From contig NMRA01000223.1 in NCBI GenBank assembly GCA_002633005.1, positions 593,664 to 657,663 of the forward strand: 64,000 nucleotides of DNA, read 5' to 3'. Each line of letters begins with the position of its first letter. Within the stretch, counting starts at the first letter, position 1. The notes under the pieces are model-generated. The model saw only the letters and a program-made list of their open reading frames with translations, was not told the origin of the DNA and made no database searches. This document shows, in pieces, positions 1 to 14,511 of this stretch. This DNA is from Phoronis australis. Lineage: Eukaryota > Animalia > Phoronida. A program made the translations under genes and the position numbers.

Positions 1-199
1 TTCGTGATATGTGTACGTTGTATTGCCACATCTCTGCCGCATCTGAGGATTTCTCATTAATGTCATAATGATGATCTTGCATATTAAGTGGAAATTAATT
101 ATTTCAACTGAAATCCACTGGCGAATCCCATATGCAGGTGATGTATGCTTGGCCTTGTTGGGACAACCCCCCCCCAGGCGACCAGTGAGTGTGATACAT

Positions 200-1390
200 A
201 ACGTCAGAATGTATCCAGCGTGATGTTGACGACATTTTGATTCTGAAGTGCGAGATGATACTTTACTTCTGAGTCAGTGTGACCAGAGTGTGTATTTGTT
301 AGACAGTAAATCTGAAATGCGTGTGATACTTATCGCTTCTGGTTGAGTTGTTGGATGACACATAGGGTGCATTTGTGGTGGTCCCGTGGGGTCAACAAGC
401 TGAGACTTCTCTTCTGGATGACGACTTCCTGCTGCCTTAGCCAGTTGACGACAAAAGCGGCAAATCATACATGTATCAAGTGCAGCCACTGATTCTGGAT
501 GTTTGCGATTCTTTATTTCTGATTCTGTCCAGGGTGTTATTGATGACATGTTCACTCTGAATTTGTGAGACACTTTGCATCTGAGTAGGTCCAGTGTGTT
601 GTTGAGGACACATATTGATCATAATTCTGTTTCATATCGTACTTCACTTCCGGTCGTACACACGGTGTTGTTGATGACACATTGGTTCTGAATGTTTGCG
701 CCAGCCTCCCTTACTTCAGGTAATGTACAACGTGTTAAAATGACACATATTCTGAGTGTGTGAGATATATTCACTTCGATTCTCGGTGTGTTCATTCTGA
801 ATGTTTGTGACATTTGATTGTGATTACCAGTCATATCGTTGATACTGAACTAGTCGTTGATTCACAAGTGTGAGACTATTTACTTCTAAATGTTGATGAT
901 TCTGATCGAGTGTTTGTCATGTGTAGCCTACTTTACTTCTTACCCAGCGTGCTGTTGACGGCACATTGATTCTGAATATGTGAGTACAAATACTTCTGAA
1001 TGTGTCCAGCGTGTAATTATCGACACATTTACTCCGTCTGAAAATGTGTCATAGAGTGCACGTGGTTTACGACCTCTGACTGTCCGACGCAATGTTGATT
1101 CTGAAGAGTGAGACACTTCACATCTGATTTCACCCGGCGTGATGTTGACGACACATTGATTCTGAGTGTGTGTCGTACTTTACACAGTCGTGAGCATGTC
1201 CAGCGTGTAATTGACGACATATTGATTCTGAATTATTGCTGTGCGATACTGAGCTCCTGAATGTATCCATGCAGTGTATTCTGAATGAACTCAAAAAGTT
1301 TCTATAGAATGAATTCTTGTGAATTTTGGATTAATAACGTTGGCTGCCCTCTTCATCTTGCCCACATTTAACAACATTGTTCTGAATGTT
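200..1390. repeat. Degenerate tandem repeat (satellite-like), unit ~60-65 bp
   Basis: Recurrent motif CCAGCGTG(A/T)TGTTGA(C/T)GACACATTGATTCTGA...TTACTTCTGA at ~215, 529, 591, 662, 943, 1006, 1135 and 1200. Units are diverged and boundaries approximate. Confidence 0.75.
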
Positions 1391-4334
1391 CAAATACACC
1401 AGGCGACGTGGGCTCTTCTTTAAAAAGCAACCACGACGTTCTCTGTATGACCGTCTCTGACTGCCAGTTCGTCACGTGTAAAACTCTTAAAGTACCTGGA
1501 GTACAGTTTTAATTAGCACTCATTATGTAATTTTTGCCTGTATGTAGCACTCAAGCATGATGACAATTTAATTACCAACCACGTAAGTTACGTTCATGTA
1601 TGAGTCGTAAGATTCAAAACAAGCTTGTAGCTGATCACACTTCCTTGCCCAAGGAGATGTAAAAGAGTCTTCTGTGGTGTAGGAAACTCTTGCTCCTCGT
1701 AGTTAGGAACACATTTCAGATTCTTTGTCCAGTAACGACTCTTTGCTTCTGAATGTATGCTGCTTATTCCCTTAGTAATACGTTTTTTTTACTTCTGAGT
1801 GTGCTCAATGTTCTTCATGAGACATTGGCTGTGAATGAGCTCACCGTGATATCACACGCGTATTGCTTCTGATTGAGCCCACCGATTAACGATACATTGC
1901 TCCTGCACGGTATCATTGAGTCGTAACGATTAGATTTAATCGTACTCTGTGTTTCCTCGTCGTTCCTAAGCCGGCCATTGGTATGCACTGTAGCGTGAGA
2001 CATTTCCAGTAACTGGTCACCCCCTACTAAAACCTTATAATGCTGTGGTCACGTGCTTCGCAAGTACTGCATGACGATCTCGCGTAGACTTGCGTGACTC
2101 TGTCTTTTCGCGAGTGTCCTGTGTCTCGAGAACAACAACTCTTGTCTGTCGCCAACTGATAAAAGCACTCACTTCCTATATTTTTTTAATGTTTATTACG
2201 ATAAATGCAACGTACAAAGAGATTTAAGTCCATAAAGCGCTAGAAAGCATTATATCTGGGCGTCACCAAAATTCGATAAACTCGTGTACAGCATTAGCCA
2301 TATTTTCCAACTTCGCAGACTTTGCAAGTCGTTTCAAACTTGGTCCGATTTTCTCTAGAATTAGCGACAATCACAGTGCAGTATTTTGTTGCAAAGCTGC
2401 TCTTGTTACATGTAACTCTTTTAACAGACTTAAGCAGGGCTAAGTATCATTTTAAGGCTATGTGTAACTTGGTCTGGACGTCTTTGCATTTAGTCAGTAT
2501 CTGCAAAACTATAGGGCTAACTGAAGCAGAAAGACTGTAGAAATTAATGCTCGTCTTTATGCCAATCTCCCATTGATTTGGTCACGTGACCATGCCATTT
2601 CAATAATGGCGAAATAATACCCGCTTAATAACGTGCCATAAGGATTCACGGTGAAACTTACAAATCGCTGTTTCAGTTTGATAAATTAACATTTCATTTG
2701 TTTTATGTAACTTCCGGGATTTTTCATGAAAACTCACGTAGTCCTACCAGTCTTTACAATCCCATAATGTAGGAATGGGGCTCATAAAAGGGTTTTTGTT
2801 GGCGGGAAAACGGATCTTCCATGATCAGCCTCAGCGCGGTCTTTGAAAATCATCTCAGGTACAGTTGTACATTTTGCCCGTTCGGGTATCGCCGCACATG
2901 CTTCGGATCGGTACCTGGCGGCTTTAAAATGCCGTGTAAGATGAAAAAACGAGCAAAGTGACGAGGGGAGCAAAACATTTGTCTGGTTTGGAGGCATTGC
3001 GTCGGTATTGATGTTGATTGAGCGGAACAACAGCCTTGTCCATGATTCGAGAGAAAACACTGCGGGATTTATTTTTCGTTTCCTCAATCTTTTGACTGAA
3101 TCGTTTGTATTTACCCAGAATGCCGCGTTACCTAAAAAACCGCATTTTTATATTTCAAACAAATTAAAAATTATGGGTCGGAGGTTGGAGAAATGAAAGA
3201 AAAATATGGGCGGTGGATAAGAAATGGATGTGTCTTGCCCTCTTCCCATACACTGTACATTTTTATCTAATTGATTAATTTACCAGTTATTCTTATTCTT
3301 CATAAGCTCCCGTTTTTATGTACCCTTGGTATGAAGTTATGGCTGAAAAGTAAAAAAAAAACTCAATGATGTTTAAGGTGTCATACTTTTTTAAAGGTTG
3401 TTAATTGTTTGACCTAAGAATTTTGATGCCTCTGGTCTATTTCTAACACATGACTATATACACAACTTTTTGTCAGCAATAGCAGATAAATTGTAACCAA
3501 GTTCAACCCACCTAATACCCGCACCAGTGGAAGGAATGTAAAAAGCCAAATGTGGGTACTTGTTATGGATACCAGAAACAAAATAATTGTATTTGAGGCC
3601 ACTTATTTAATTTAATTTAATTTAATTTTGGATGTACTTGTGTTTTAGTTGTGTGAGATTTGCAGTTTGTTCAGGTTGTCGATTTTTCGCGTTGGCATAT
3701 TGCCAGGTCCTATATTTACTTTTTTTGCTTACCCTCATAATTTGTCAATAGAGTTTTCGTGTGTATCGGTGATGAAAGTCTGATACACGACAGTACCGGA
3801 TTTAAAGGAAATATTTTAGTTCAACAAGTACATTAAATTAGTAATCAAAACGTCGTGTTAGAGTATTTAATCTTCAAAAACTCTGCCAAAGGGACTTTAA
3901 AACCAATCCACACATTTTGAAAAATAATCTGGGTGTTTGATATTGGTTCTAGAAAATAATGCACCATTTATTCCACCCGTTGTAACTGATCCGGATCAGT
4001 CATTTCTGACATATCTTACTCTGAATGTTGTCTTTATCCAAGAGTATCTTCTTAAGCGGCACATGACAAGCCAATCAACGGAAATACCTTGTAGAAACTG
4101 AAGCGTAACAGCCTGGCGTGCATTCAGTAAGGCTAGGACCTGCGCTAGGACCTACATGAAGTTAAAATCTAGCCAGCCTCGTGTTCTCATTTAAAACACG
4201 CGGTAATATTTCAGGTAATCTCGCATAGTCGAGATGTAGCTTTTCACGAGGTCCTGAACTGGAGATGTTGCTTTTTATCGAAATCCTAGCGTTACTGAGC
4301 GGGAGGCTGATGTTTGTTCACACTTTGTTCGCAG

Positions 4335-7300
4335 AAACGGTCGCTGCGGGACGGCGCTGAAGGTAAAACCTACACAGTGGTAGATGAACTTAACCAAGAT
4401 GACCTGACGTCAGACTACGATGAGACGCTGAGTCCCAGGACGCTAATTGAGATGACCGTATGCATTCTCACCTTCGTCGGACGTGTAAGTGTAATCAAGT
4501 GCAGCTCAGTGTACCATAACTCAGAATGCTTTCCATGGCGTATGCAAAGAGGATAGAACATGGGCTTCTCTAAACGTACATTATTTCCCTTTCGATACAT
4601 TTAAGTTAGAAAGCGTGCAGCCTAATGAATAGGTATAACAAAGCTACCGATATCGGAGATACTATGTCTGTTCGTACAGATATAAGCTATACGTAATGGA
4701 GAGACTTGCTAATCTCTATCGATTGACTTACTACATCTGTAGGCAGACGTACCGATAGCCTTACTATTTATATCATCAAATTAAGTGTCTTTTATAGACA
4801 AACTATCTCCATTGATTGAAGAAATTTCAGATGCTGTCCTTTTACTACCACTGTTGTTTCTTTTTGAGCTCTTTTAGGAAAAAGGTTAAGGGTGGTTTAC
4901 GTTCCTTTTCGTCAAATTTACATTGATTAAATTATAGTTACATGTAATAAGCAACTAAAACTGCACATGAATCACTCAGGCCGATTCTGCTGCGTAAATC
5001 GGCTGAGCCTTTTGATTGGTTCTCGATGACAACTTCCGGCTAATGAGACCAATCATGCATGTGTCTTGACGAAACCGATGAAGTAACTCAGTGAAATGAA
5101 ACAACAGGAAGTGGAAAGGAGTGTAACTGAGTAATTTTGGGAAATCAAACGGAGAGCTGTGCCTCTCTAAGATCGTAAACACTTCTTGGACTATTGTTCG
5201 TGTTTTTGAATAAATTTAACATTCAAAATCCTGTTCATTATTTCTCCATTTTTCAAACTCTGGTATAGTAAATCATTCCTGTGACAACACATAGAATCAA
5301 CTTTTCTGCTGTAACTAATCAGTTGAAACAATCGTTGTGCCTGTGTAATGAACAACGCCATGTAATTACGATCTTGTAGGGTTTGTGCCTGAACTCCATC
5401 GGGCCTACACTGATGGACCTACGCCAGCTTACTAACAGCACAGTGCAGGACTCCGCTTACATCTTCATCTCGCAGTCAGCAGGCTTCTTCGGGGGCTCAG
5501 TTGCCGCCAAATTCCTGCTAGACGTCTGCAATAAGGAAATGCTTATGGCCGTTGTCCTGTTAGTGCAAGCTTTCAGCACCGTCCTCATTCCAGCTTTCCA
5601 TGTACTGTGGTTGATGTGTATCGCGTTTATAGGACAGGGGTTCAGTATTGGAGTCGCCGGCATAGGTAATTTATTTAACAAACTCGAGAGACGTTCTCGA
5701 ATCAACACGTGATTGGTCGCTGAGGTGAAATCCCCTCTTGGTCTCTTGGCAGACGAAGGAGAGACTATGTTTTTGCTCGCGTTGTTTGCAATTCTCACCT
5801 ATTCACATCAATAAGGTTCACATGCGGGCACAGAAATCAGACAATTTGCGAGATCTCTTTCCTGGCTTCATGAGTGTCTTCGTCACTTACTGTTAAAACA
5901 CTGTGGACACATATTTTGCGAAGCAATGTGTCATTTGTTCGAGGATTGCTAGCGAATAGAGTTGCACATGTGGGTTCACAAAGGTAAAAATCGTGTCACA
6001 AATACCAGCAGCTTGACTGAGTTATTTAAGTGAATAAGACCGATTTCAGTAAGCCAAAGCGTGTTGAAAATTTGACGTTGACTTCAATGGCATTGTTTAC
6101 ATGGTTTGGCAGAGCACTTCGGTAAGATGTCATATGAAATCTGTCTTTGTCATCGACAAGCTGTGTGTTAGACCCCCCGCCCTTCTCTACGGACACGATT
6201 TTAAGGCCTACGTGTGTGTTTTCAATCAATCTGTATTGCCCCATTCCCTTAATCCTAGATCCGCCTATTAATCTCCGCAAATTCCATGTAAATATTAAAT
6301 TTGTATTTTTGAAATCTTTGCTATAAAATTTCAGGAGTCTGCACAATGTGCCTTGTTCTTGGAGGAAAAAAGAGAAGTGGTCAATTCCTGCAGGCTGTCT
6401 ATCTGGGGACCTCCCTCGGTTCTATTGTGGGACCTTTCGTAGCAAAACCGTTTCTATCAGTAGAAGCGCATGGACAGACGAGTGACGTCAGTGGATACGG
6501 TCAATTTGTATTGAGTAAAAATCTTACTAATCTGGACTATGTAACTGCTGTTGCTCAGAGGTCAACTGTTTTATGGAGAAATACTACACCACAGTCCCTT
6601 TCTGCAATGGATGACATTTTCTCAAATAACTCCAGCACTCTCAGTTGGAACACGACCACCACCGTCAGTCCCCTTACGACACCGCTTATAGTGCCAACAC
6701 AGGCCTATACCAAAACTCGCGTTTTCTACGTCTACATGATTGTTGCGATCATTTTATGCATTCCTGCTTTGGGATTTTTGACTCTATTTTTCGTCAACAG
6801 GAGGAACCAGCATGGATACCAAGCGGAGAAAAAGGTCGAACGATTAACTTTACGAAACTTGAACGCATCGCTGCTGGTTGCAATTTTATTAATATTCCTT
6901 TTATGCTTTATATATTTCGGTCTTCAAGATAGCTACTCAAATTTGTTGACTACATTTGTCGTGCAGAGTAATCTACATTTGCTGAAGGCTACAGGCGTAT
7001 ATGTGACGTCACTCTTCTGGGCATCAGTATGCTTTGGACGCTTGAACGGAATATGGATTGCTAAATTCCTGTCTCCTTTCAAAATGCTTTTATGTGATAT
7101 GACGCTTGCATCAGTGTTCGCAACCTTATTGGCCATATGGGGAGATAAAAGTGAACCAATACTGTGGTTGTGCTCGGGAATGATCGGTCTGAGCTTCGCC
7201 AGTGTGAACGGCGCTACTGTTGCATGGGCATCGCAGCATGTAGCCGGAGATGGCTACATACTGAGTGTGATAATGGTAGGACGTTGTCTTGGTCTGATGG

Positions 7301-7512
7301 CTATGCCATCGGGAATTGCTGGTCTCTTTCAAAGAGCCGGTGCAATGAGCATGATGTATATTGTGTTTGCGTCGTCAGTGGCGCTGTTGTTAATTATAAT
7401 TACCCTCCAAATAATGACACGAATGTGCGGCCAGGAAGGGAGGATTGTGGGTAGGAATTATGGCGAACTCGAAGAAGAATTGGAAGAAATGAATCACGAC
7501 CGGAAGGAGTAA
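4335..7512 (+). CDS. Major facilitator superfamily transporter, MFSD4/sodium-dependent glucose transporter 1-like (spliced; 5' end uncertain)
   Basis: Exons 4335-4484 (CAG|, |GTAAGT), 5380-5665 (TAG|, |GTAAT) and 6335-7512 (CAG|, TAA stop) join in phases 0 and 1, giving 1614 nt in frame. Motifs G-LCLNSIGPTLMDL, FLQAVYLG-SLGSIVGPFVAKPFL and TSLFW---CFGRL are typical of the MFSD4 family, and there are many hydrophobic helices. The start is either the in-frame ATG at 4452 or an unlocated upstream exon. Confidence 0.85.
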
Positions 7513-9356
7513 ATTTATGTCAGTCAGTCATAGTTGAATTAGGATTCCCATCGGTCGTGTGCATTATTGCTGTTCAGTATTTTTTGTTATTTTTTCATCT
7601 GAATTTTCTCTTGATATGCTGCTCTATTCGAGATTCTCTCATCAACTAAGATAACTGCATGGTATTAACATACATTATGTATGTCGTTCTACGTTGCCGT
7701 GGTTTCGGTGTTATTACTGAGACAATCGCGCCAGAAATAAGCCGCAATTATACAACTGGTCTCGTAAACATTTTTACGTCCGATCCGCACGCTACCTGTT
7801 GGTCAGGTCACGTGACCTATCGAATGTAAGTTTGAAAGGATATTTACACCCTACCGGAACTCGATCCCGGCACTTTCTACGCATTCATGTGCAACTGGTC
7901 TCTATTAGTAATCATTTAAAAACGTTGTGGTGGTGTAAGTATCTACTGTTTCTAGGTTCATTGGTGATTGAGGGCAGAATATCGGCAGGTGCTTATTTCT
8001 ATTGATGACGGAAACAGGTGCGAAATCAGTACTTCGGCCTTGGAGGTAAACGAAGCTGGTCCGTCACTACCTCGTTTAAATCTTTGTTTTAACTATTGCC
8101 TGACGAATCTTTAATTAGGGGTATCATACCATATGCACGCCTTATATGAATGAATGAATTTTCTTTATTAAGAGTGGCATGTGCAAATGCACCCAGCTCA
8201 CCCAAGGGCACACAGATCACTTTAAACCCAAGTAATGCCCATAACAATTTACATAAGAATAATACTAAACCCAATCAGCCTTGTCAAGACATGCTGAAAA
8301 GCTTCATATGAAGATTATACTCCGTAGCAAGCTAGTTGCACTATCAATAGACTGTAATTTCCCACCAATTTGGAGGCTAGAAATGAAGAAAACTTCGAAT
8401 CTTGCGTCCTGATTGGAACAACAAGCGAGCTTTCATAATGAAATTAGTGACATTGCGTTGATAGCAATCCCACAAGAGATTGTCAAAAGTCTAGAACTGG
8501 TTTATACGAAAACCGTCAGGCTTGCAAGATCAGCCTCGCCGGCAAGGACGCGAAAAATCACGAGCGTAAAAAGTGAACAATACTTTACCGACAGTAATCA
8601 AACTCGTTTCCTATAATTCAGTTACAGCGTTGTGTTCAGACTAAATCAACAAGAGGTTAATTGTAAGGGCGAATGTGAACTAGGTTTTCTGTGTTGATGA
8701 AGCCTGCCACCTAGTGTAAATTTTATAGAATTTGTTTACAGATATTACAGCATCGTGTCAGTCAAGAGATTTTTGAACACACAACAATTATCACAATAAT
8801 TTTCAACGAAATTCGCTCGAGCTCTATGTAATAGTACGAGTACATTTCGTAAGACATGACTATGTAACAGTAATAGGAGTACCGGCATTCCAAAACATTG
8901 GTTTAGTTGGGTAACGGACCGGCGAAGAGCATATTGATTAATGCACAAAACACAACTGGTCTGCTGCTCAGTTCCACTTGTTTGCAAAAGAACAGGGCCG
9001 AAAGGGCTTACATTAAAACGTAGTGTGGTAACTGTACCGATAATTAATGAAATCTATGTGCATTAAAGCAATTGCTTAAAGTAACACAGAAGTGCACAGA
9101 ATGTACTCACATGAAGAGTTCATTAGGTTTCAACACCTGTTTAGACAATAAACTAATTCTCGCCACAAGCCTGGCCATTAAGATAGTTAATGATTGTTCA
9201 GTTACTATGTCTATTTAGGTTTGATTAGGGGAAAATTTACTTTTGTAGTTCTAGGAAAAAGTAATAACCTAAAGTAGACGGACAAGCGCTTTAACACTAA
9301 TCGACGTCATATTTACGGTATATTCACGCGTCCAAACGTTTTCTTTCACACTTTAA

Positions 9357-9424
9357 CATGGGCGGCGCACCATGGGGGGGGGGGCTTTTGGTCTCCCACT
9401 TTTTTCAGTGATGCCCCGCCCATG
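9357..9424. mobile_element. 68-bp miniature inverted-repeat element with CATG termini
   Basis: Ends CATGGGCGG...CCGCCCATG are flanked by the direct repeat TTTAA (9352-9356, 9425-9429). Confidence 0.6.
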
Positions 9425-10836
9425 TTTAAAGCGTCATCGGTGGAAATAAAACACACCCGTAAGGTGAACAGTGCAAAAAGCTCATCGGCCAAAACATTGG
9501 ATCCGACACGAACAGATCTATGGGCAAAAAAATGGCAGGAGTCAAAGGCAAAGTTGTAGATCGGTTGATGTACTGTTGATAGGGAACACGCGTACTTCAT
9601 TCCATAGCTAAATTTAATGCGTTAAACAATGAACGTAGCATAGTCTGTATTGTTAGAATCTCGGTGCCTGCACTTAACGAAATGTAACATCGAGTTGGAG
9701 ACTGCGATACATGTACAATGTACATGAATTTGTTATGTGACCGTGAGGCATGGCTCAGAATTGGGGGAGCTATGTGCGCTCAGCCAGCAGCCTCAGGTGC
9801 CAGTAAGCTATGCACAAATGTCACGTCATGCTCGAAAATAGGACAAGAGTGTAATGAATTGGCCCAAGCAACATGTCTCACTGAGCATTATATTTTTTGC
9901 GGTTAACAGAAATCGAGTTAAATGCAGAGCTTACTTACACTCGAGGCAGCCGCTGAGCTCATATCTCTGCCTGCTCCATCTGTCGGAAAGTCACGGAGAT
10001 GGTATTGTTAAATTAATTAAACTATTCTGAGAAAAAACTGTTGTTGGGATCATGTACACTGTAGATTATTATGATAGACTCATATACCCAGTCCAGTCTT
10101 ATGTCATCACAATTCGTTGTATTAAAAATAAACTGCTCATCCTACCAAAACGTGTTAATTTCGACACTGCCTGTATACTGTATATCTAATTTCAATTAAT
10201 TAAACACGCGTGTTTGAAGTCATCTGTCACCATCAGAAATAATAATATTATCATCATTAATGGTAACTGATTAAGCTACACGTGAACTCCTAACCAACAT
10301 TCAGTGTAGCCCGACCACTTTGTTGCTTCACGAGCAAATTGTTAATAGTGTGTTATTTTCATATGGCTTACACTTCTGAGTCAACATTGCTTATCACCAG
10401 TTATATACAGATATAGTCAGAGGCTGAACCACACACTACACGACACTAAGGTCACACTTTACTGCATTGGCGGTTCATCGGTCAAGTTAAATATCAGGTT
10501 TATCTCACGTAGTTCGGGATGTTTGCAAAAATGATATTTCAGAAAACAAGATTCGACCCCTTTGTAAATATCATGACTTTAACTATAAAATTTCTGTTTA
10601 GAATGATATTTGCACTCTCATTGATGTCAATTTGATGTTATAATGGGTGTAGGAAAGCATTAGCAACTGAACAACTTTGATATAATTCCAATAATCAAAC
10701 TCTAAAACGGGCAGGAAATTGTCACGTGATCTCTCATTACTCCACAAGATGACAATTGGGTCGGTGGATAGGGGTTAACTGTAGAAATCTGGCTGCATAA
10801 AACTGCATGTTTGGCAGTGTATTTACAGTATGAATG

Positions 10837-12726
10837 CAGGTCCGTAGCCGGGGGGTGGGGGGCTTCGGGGGTTCGATCGAACCCCTTCCCCGCTGAAAAG
10901 GTCAAGCCCCAGCAAAAGATAGGATACAAATGGGCAACACTAAGTTAGTAATAATTTTGAATTTGCTTCTGATTCAAAGCGCTTCACGTGGCATCGGGCC
11001 GTTCTCGGCAAACTTCGCCCGAGTGACGGAGTTTGTGTAGATGATAGGATCGTGCATACGATAAAAGGAGGCTTTATGTTATTCATAAACCACGCGGGTG
11101 GTGGCTACACGGAAAGGGTAGTAAGGTAGTCTAGAAATGAATGTCTATACCTAGGCATAAAATTCCATCCCTATGACCTAAAAAGCTATATAGCAACGAG
11201 ACAGAGAGCTCCCAAAAAGTAGTCCAGTGTGAATGCTTTAAAAAATCGGCAAATAAACAAAACAACAGAATATTAAGATTTGTTATTCTTTTATTTAGGT
11301 TTGATTGCAAGCATGGTACGGTAAAGTGTAGGCATTTTTAAATTTTGAATTGAAAGTGATCTTCAAATATGGAATGTTGTTTGTCCAGTGTCCACTTTGA
11401 TTGTGAATTGGTGGATTGACATCCATGCATGTACACGTGTGTACGTTTCCGTTCTTTTAAATTCAGTACACGCTGACGGTAAGTTCACTGTAGACAATCC
11501 TCTGTCGTGCTCAAAAGCCAGACATTCAACTATCGTGTTTTCTTGCACTTAGAATACCCCGTCGAGCATTTTCACTTTATGAGGAAAAAGTAGTCCTAGA
11601 CCACAACTTAGGTCAATAAAAAACCTCTCTTAAATCAGTCTCAATGGTGCACAAACCTGCAGACTTCATACGAGCTACAAACTTGATGTTCGGGTCAAGG
11701 CTGTGGCGATCAATGGCAGTTTCAAATTTAAGAAGTCTGAATGGGACTCCCTGACTTGGTGAAGAGACAGAGTGGCCTACTTCACTTAGTTTAGACCCGG
11801 CTGTGTGCGTGGTTCCTTGGGTGAGGTTGAGGCGCAGTGACCCTAAACTTTTCGGTATCGCTGCGTTGCATCTTGACACAGATTTGATGACTATGTCTTG
11901 GTTGATAATTCATCAGTATTCCTACTCCATGTCATTTTAAAAATGCAAGTGCATATTCATTTTAAAGCATGCGGGCAATTTCGACTGCACATGAAATCTG
12001 GCCAACGTTTCTAATTGCACTGGCCATCTTGAGACGTGGTCGCTGTCTACATGAAATCCAAACAAAGTGTTTTAGTGCCCGGGCGTTTTTTTCAGTATAG
12101 GTGCATCTAATTACCGAAGTATCGTTTATTTTAGCATGTTAAAGCTTAAAAATTACACCCGAGATTGCAAGTTTAGGTATTTTTGGAGCAGTGAAACTTC
12201 GGAGTAGTGAATCTTCAAATAGTGAACCTTCAGAATAGTGAGCCTTTGACCTTCGAAACAGTGGGCTGTTGCCATTTCCAGCGATGTAGGCAACTTAAAT
12301 AACGCGCAAAAATACAACCAGATAAACAATTTCGTCAAATCATTCGCCGACTAAACTGTATATTTTCCGGCGTTCGAGTGTGTAATGAGGTGTAATCACT
12401 CATTTAAGCATGGCATAGTTGAAATTTTGGCAGGAGGTAATGCGAGAACGTTCTCTTTCTGGACCACATTAATCCAAATTTGTGTCCTGTTCGTTGCGAG
12501 CAACCGTCAAAGCATTCTTATTAATTTTCTGATATTGCAAATACCGTCTCATCTCATGAACATGGAGCTGAGAGTCACCGCTGTGTATACAGATTTCCCT
12601 TCCCGCTAATTAAGCTGCGTCAAGGGCCTTACCGAAAACTCTACAGTGTCGACGTTTACAAAACATCTAAGGTCCACCATTCTAGAAATTCGAACCACCC
12701 CCCGCTCAATGCTGGCCACGGGCCTG
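10837..12726. mobile_element. Putative decayed hAT-like DNA transposon (~1.9 kb)
   Basis: Imperfect TIRs CAGGTCCGTAGCC / GGCCACGGGCCTG with G-rich and C-rich subterminal tracts. No clean TSD and no intact ORF. Confidence 0.45.
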
Positions 12727-12895
12727 AAATGAACTCATCAAAGCGCTTTCTGATTGATGGGCATTGAATTTGCTATTTTCATATTCTAAGTTCAGAATCC
12801 TGGCAATATTGACAGAGGTGTCTCATCCACACATCTGCGCTTACACATCAAATAGTTCTCATTCATACAGACTGTTTCGTGTTTGTGCCGGCCAG

Positions 12896-13700
12896 TGTGG
12901 AAATCCAGTGCAGAAAAAAATCCAGGACGCAAATTTTATACTCAATATCCAGAATCGAAATATATACTCAAAACCAGAATTTATCAAGACAGGACCTATC
13001 ATCTTTCATGTCAGGACCAAAATTGAACACGTTAGGGTCGAAATTTTATCACTCCAAAACATTAAATTGATCTCCCCAAGAACAAAAAATCAACTCATCG
13101 GGAAAATTTCTCGCCTGAAAAATGTTAAGCCAGAAGACCAAGTGACTATCCGCAGGCACGTGACTACAAACACGTGGACGTCATTCATTGAAACAAACTA
13201 CATGTAGATGACAGAGAGAGACGACGATTGGATTATAGAGTGTCCAAGTGGTTTCTTTTGTAAAACGGAAGACATAAAAAATTCGTCATCTTCTCTTTGA
13301 GGTGACACGTACTTGTGGATGGTCACGTGGTCTCTTGGCATGAAAATTCTCTGTTGTGAAATTTTCCCGACGTGTTAAATTTTGGACCTTAAATTTTTGA
13401 TCCTGACGCGATAAATTTTCGTTTCTGACATCATAAAGTATCAGTCGTCAAGTGATCAATTACAAGTCCTGAACTGATAAATTTTGGGTCCTGTCCTGAT
13501 AAATTTTGTACTTGAATTATTTTTGTCTTACAAAATGGAAATAAATGTTTTGGACAATTTTTAATTCTTGAGTAAGTGAAAATGCTGATTTTGAGTTAAT
13601 TTTTGTTGGTCCTGCAGAGAACAAATAATGTTTACCAGTTTTTAATTATAGAATAGAAAATCTGTTTCATGGATTTTTTTCCGCTTATTGGCTCTCGATA
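12896..13700. mobile_element. Foldback (long imperfect palindrome) non-autonomous element
   Basis: Left-arm segments (GAAAAAAATCCA; TCGGGAAAATTTC...GACCAAGTGACTATCC) have reverse complements in the right arm (TGGATTTTTTTCC; GGATGGTCACGTGGTC...GAAATTTTCCCGA). Flanked by the direct repeat GGCCAG(TG) at 12890 and 13701. Confidence 0.65.
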
Positions 13701-14511
13701 GGCCAGTGAGCGATACACACCAGCTGTGTCATTTTTGCTAATCGGCGTGGTAACATAACCACGTAGATGAAATCGTCTTAAAAATTTAAACGCTTAATCT
13801 TTACCTTATTCCTAGTTTAGTTTCACGTATGAACATATCCTAATAGATTGCACTACTAGACTCTTAAGCCGTGAACAGTTTGCAGGTAGCGCTTAAAAAG
13901 CATCTGTGCTGTCGTGAAACTTAGCGACATCTATTGTACATTTAACTGACCTTATCTCCTATCTTGGTATTAATCAAAGTGCATTTCTACAGGGATGAAT
14001 TCCAAAAACAATAATAGAAAACATAGTTCACCTTAACGAATCAAATAAAACCGCGTGTTTGTGCATGAAAGTATTTTTGTATGCTGACGTTTGTCTAAGG
14101 ATAATTAAGCGCGAGTAAAATACATAAATGATATGCGGGTACACATTTGTACCATGAGATACCGTCTAATGGTGAAAGTTATGATCGTGCAAATGTATAA
14201 ACGGCCTGTTACTCAATGCAAGGGCAATCGTGGATAAAATGAAGTGACGATGGAACTGTACTGTTGGCATTCAAATAAATGCAAACTGGTGTCAAAGGAT
14301 AGCTATCGCATACTGCTGCCAATTTGTTTGCTGTTTGATAAAAGTCATTCAGTTTTCTGATTCGGGATATTCTAAATAACTATTAAATAGACTGTTTCGA
14401 CCAACGCTTATCATCGCTAAGTAACAAGGGCAATTTACTGCTAAAAGCTTCCAATTGCTACCAAAACAGCGTCAGAGGCGTCAGGGATTGGTAACGGACG
14501 GGGTGCGAAAC

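Noticed and set aside
200-1390. CRISPR-like repeat array
   Set aside because: Units are degenerate over their whole length, with no constant repeat/unique spacer structure. No cas genes, and the context is eukaryotic.
12764-13207. 147-aa ORF
   Set aside because: Lies mostly within the arm of a foldback repeat, has a non-ATG start and shows no recognisable domain.
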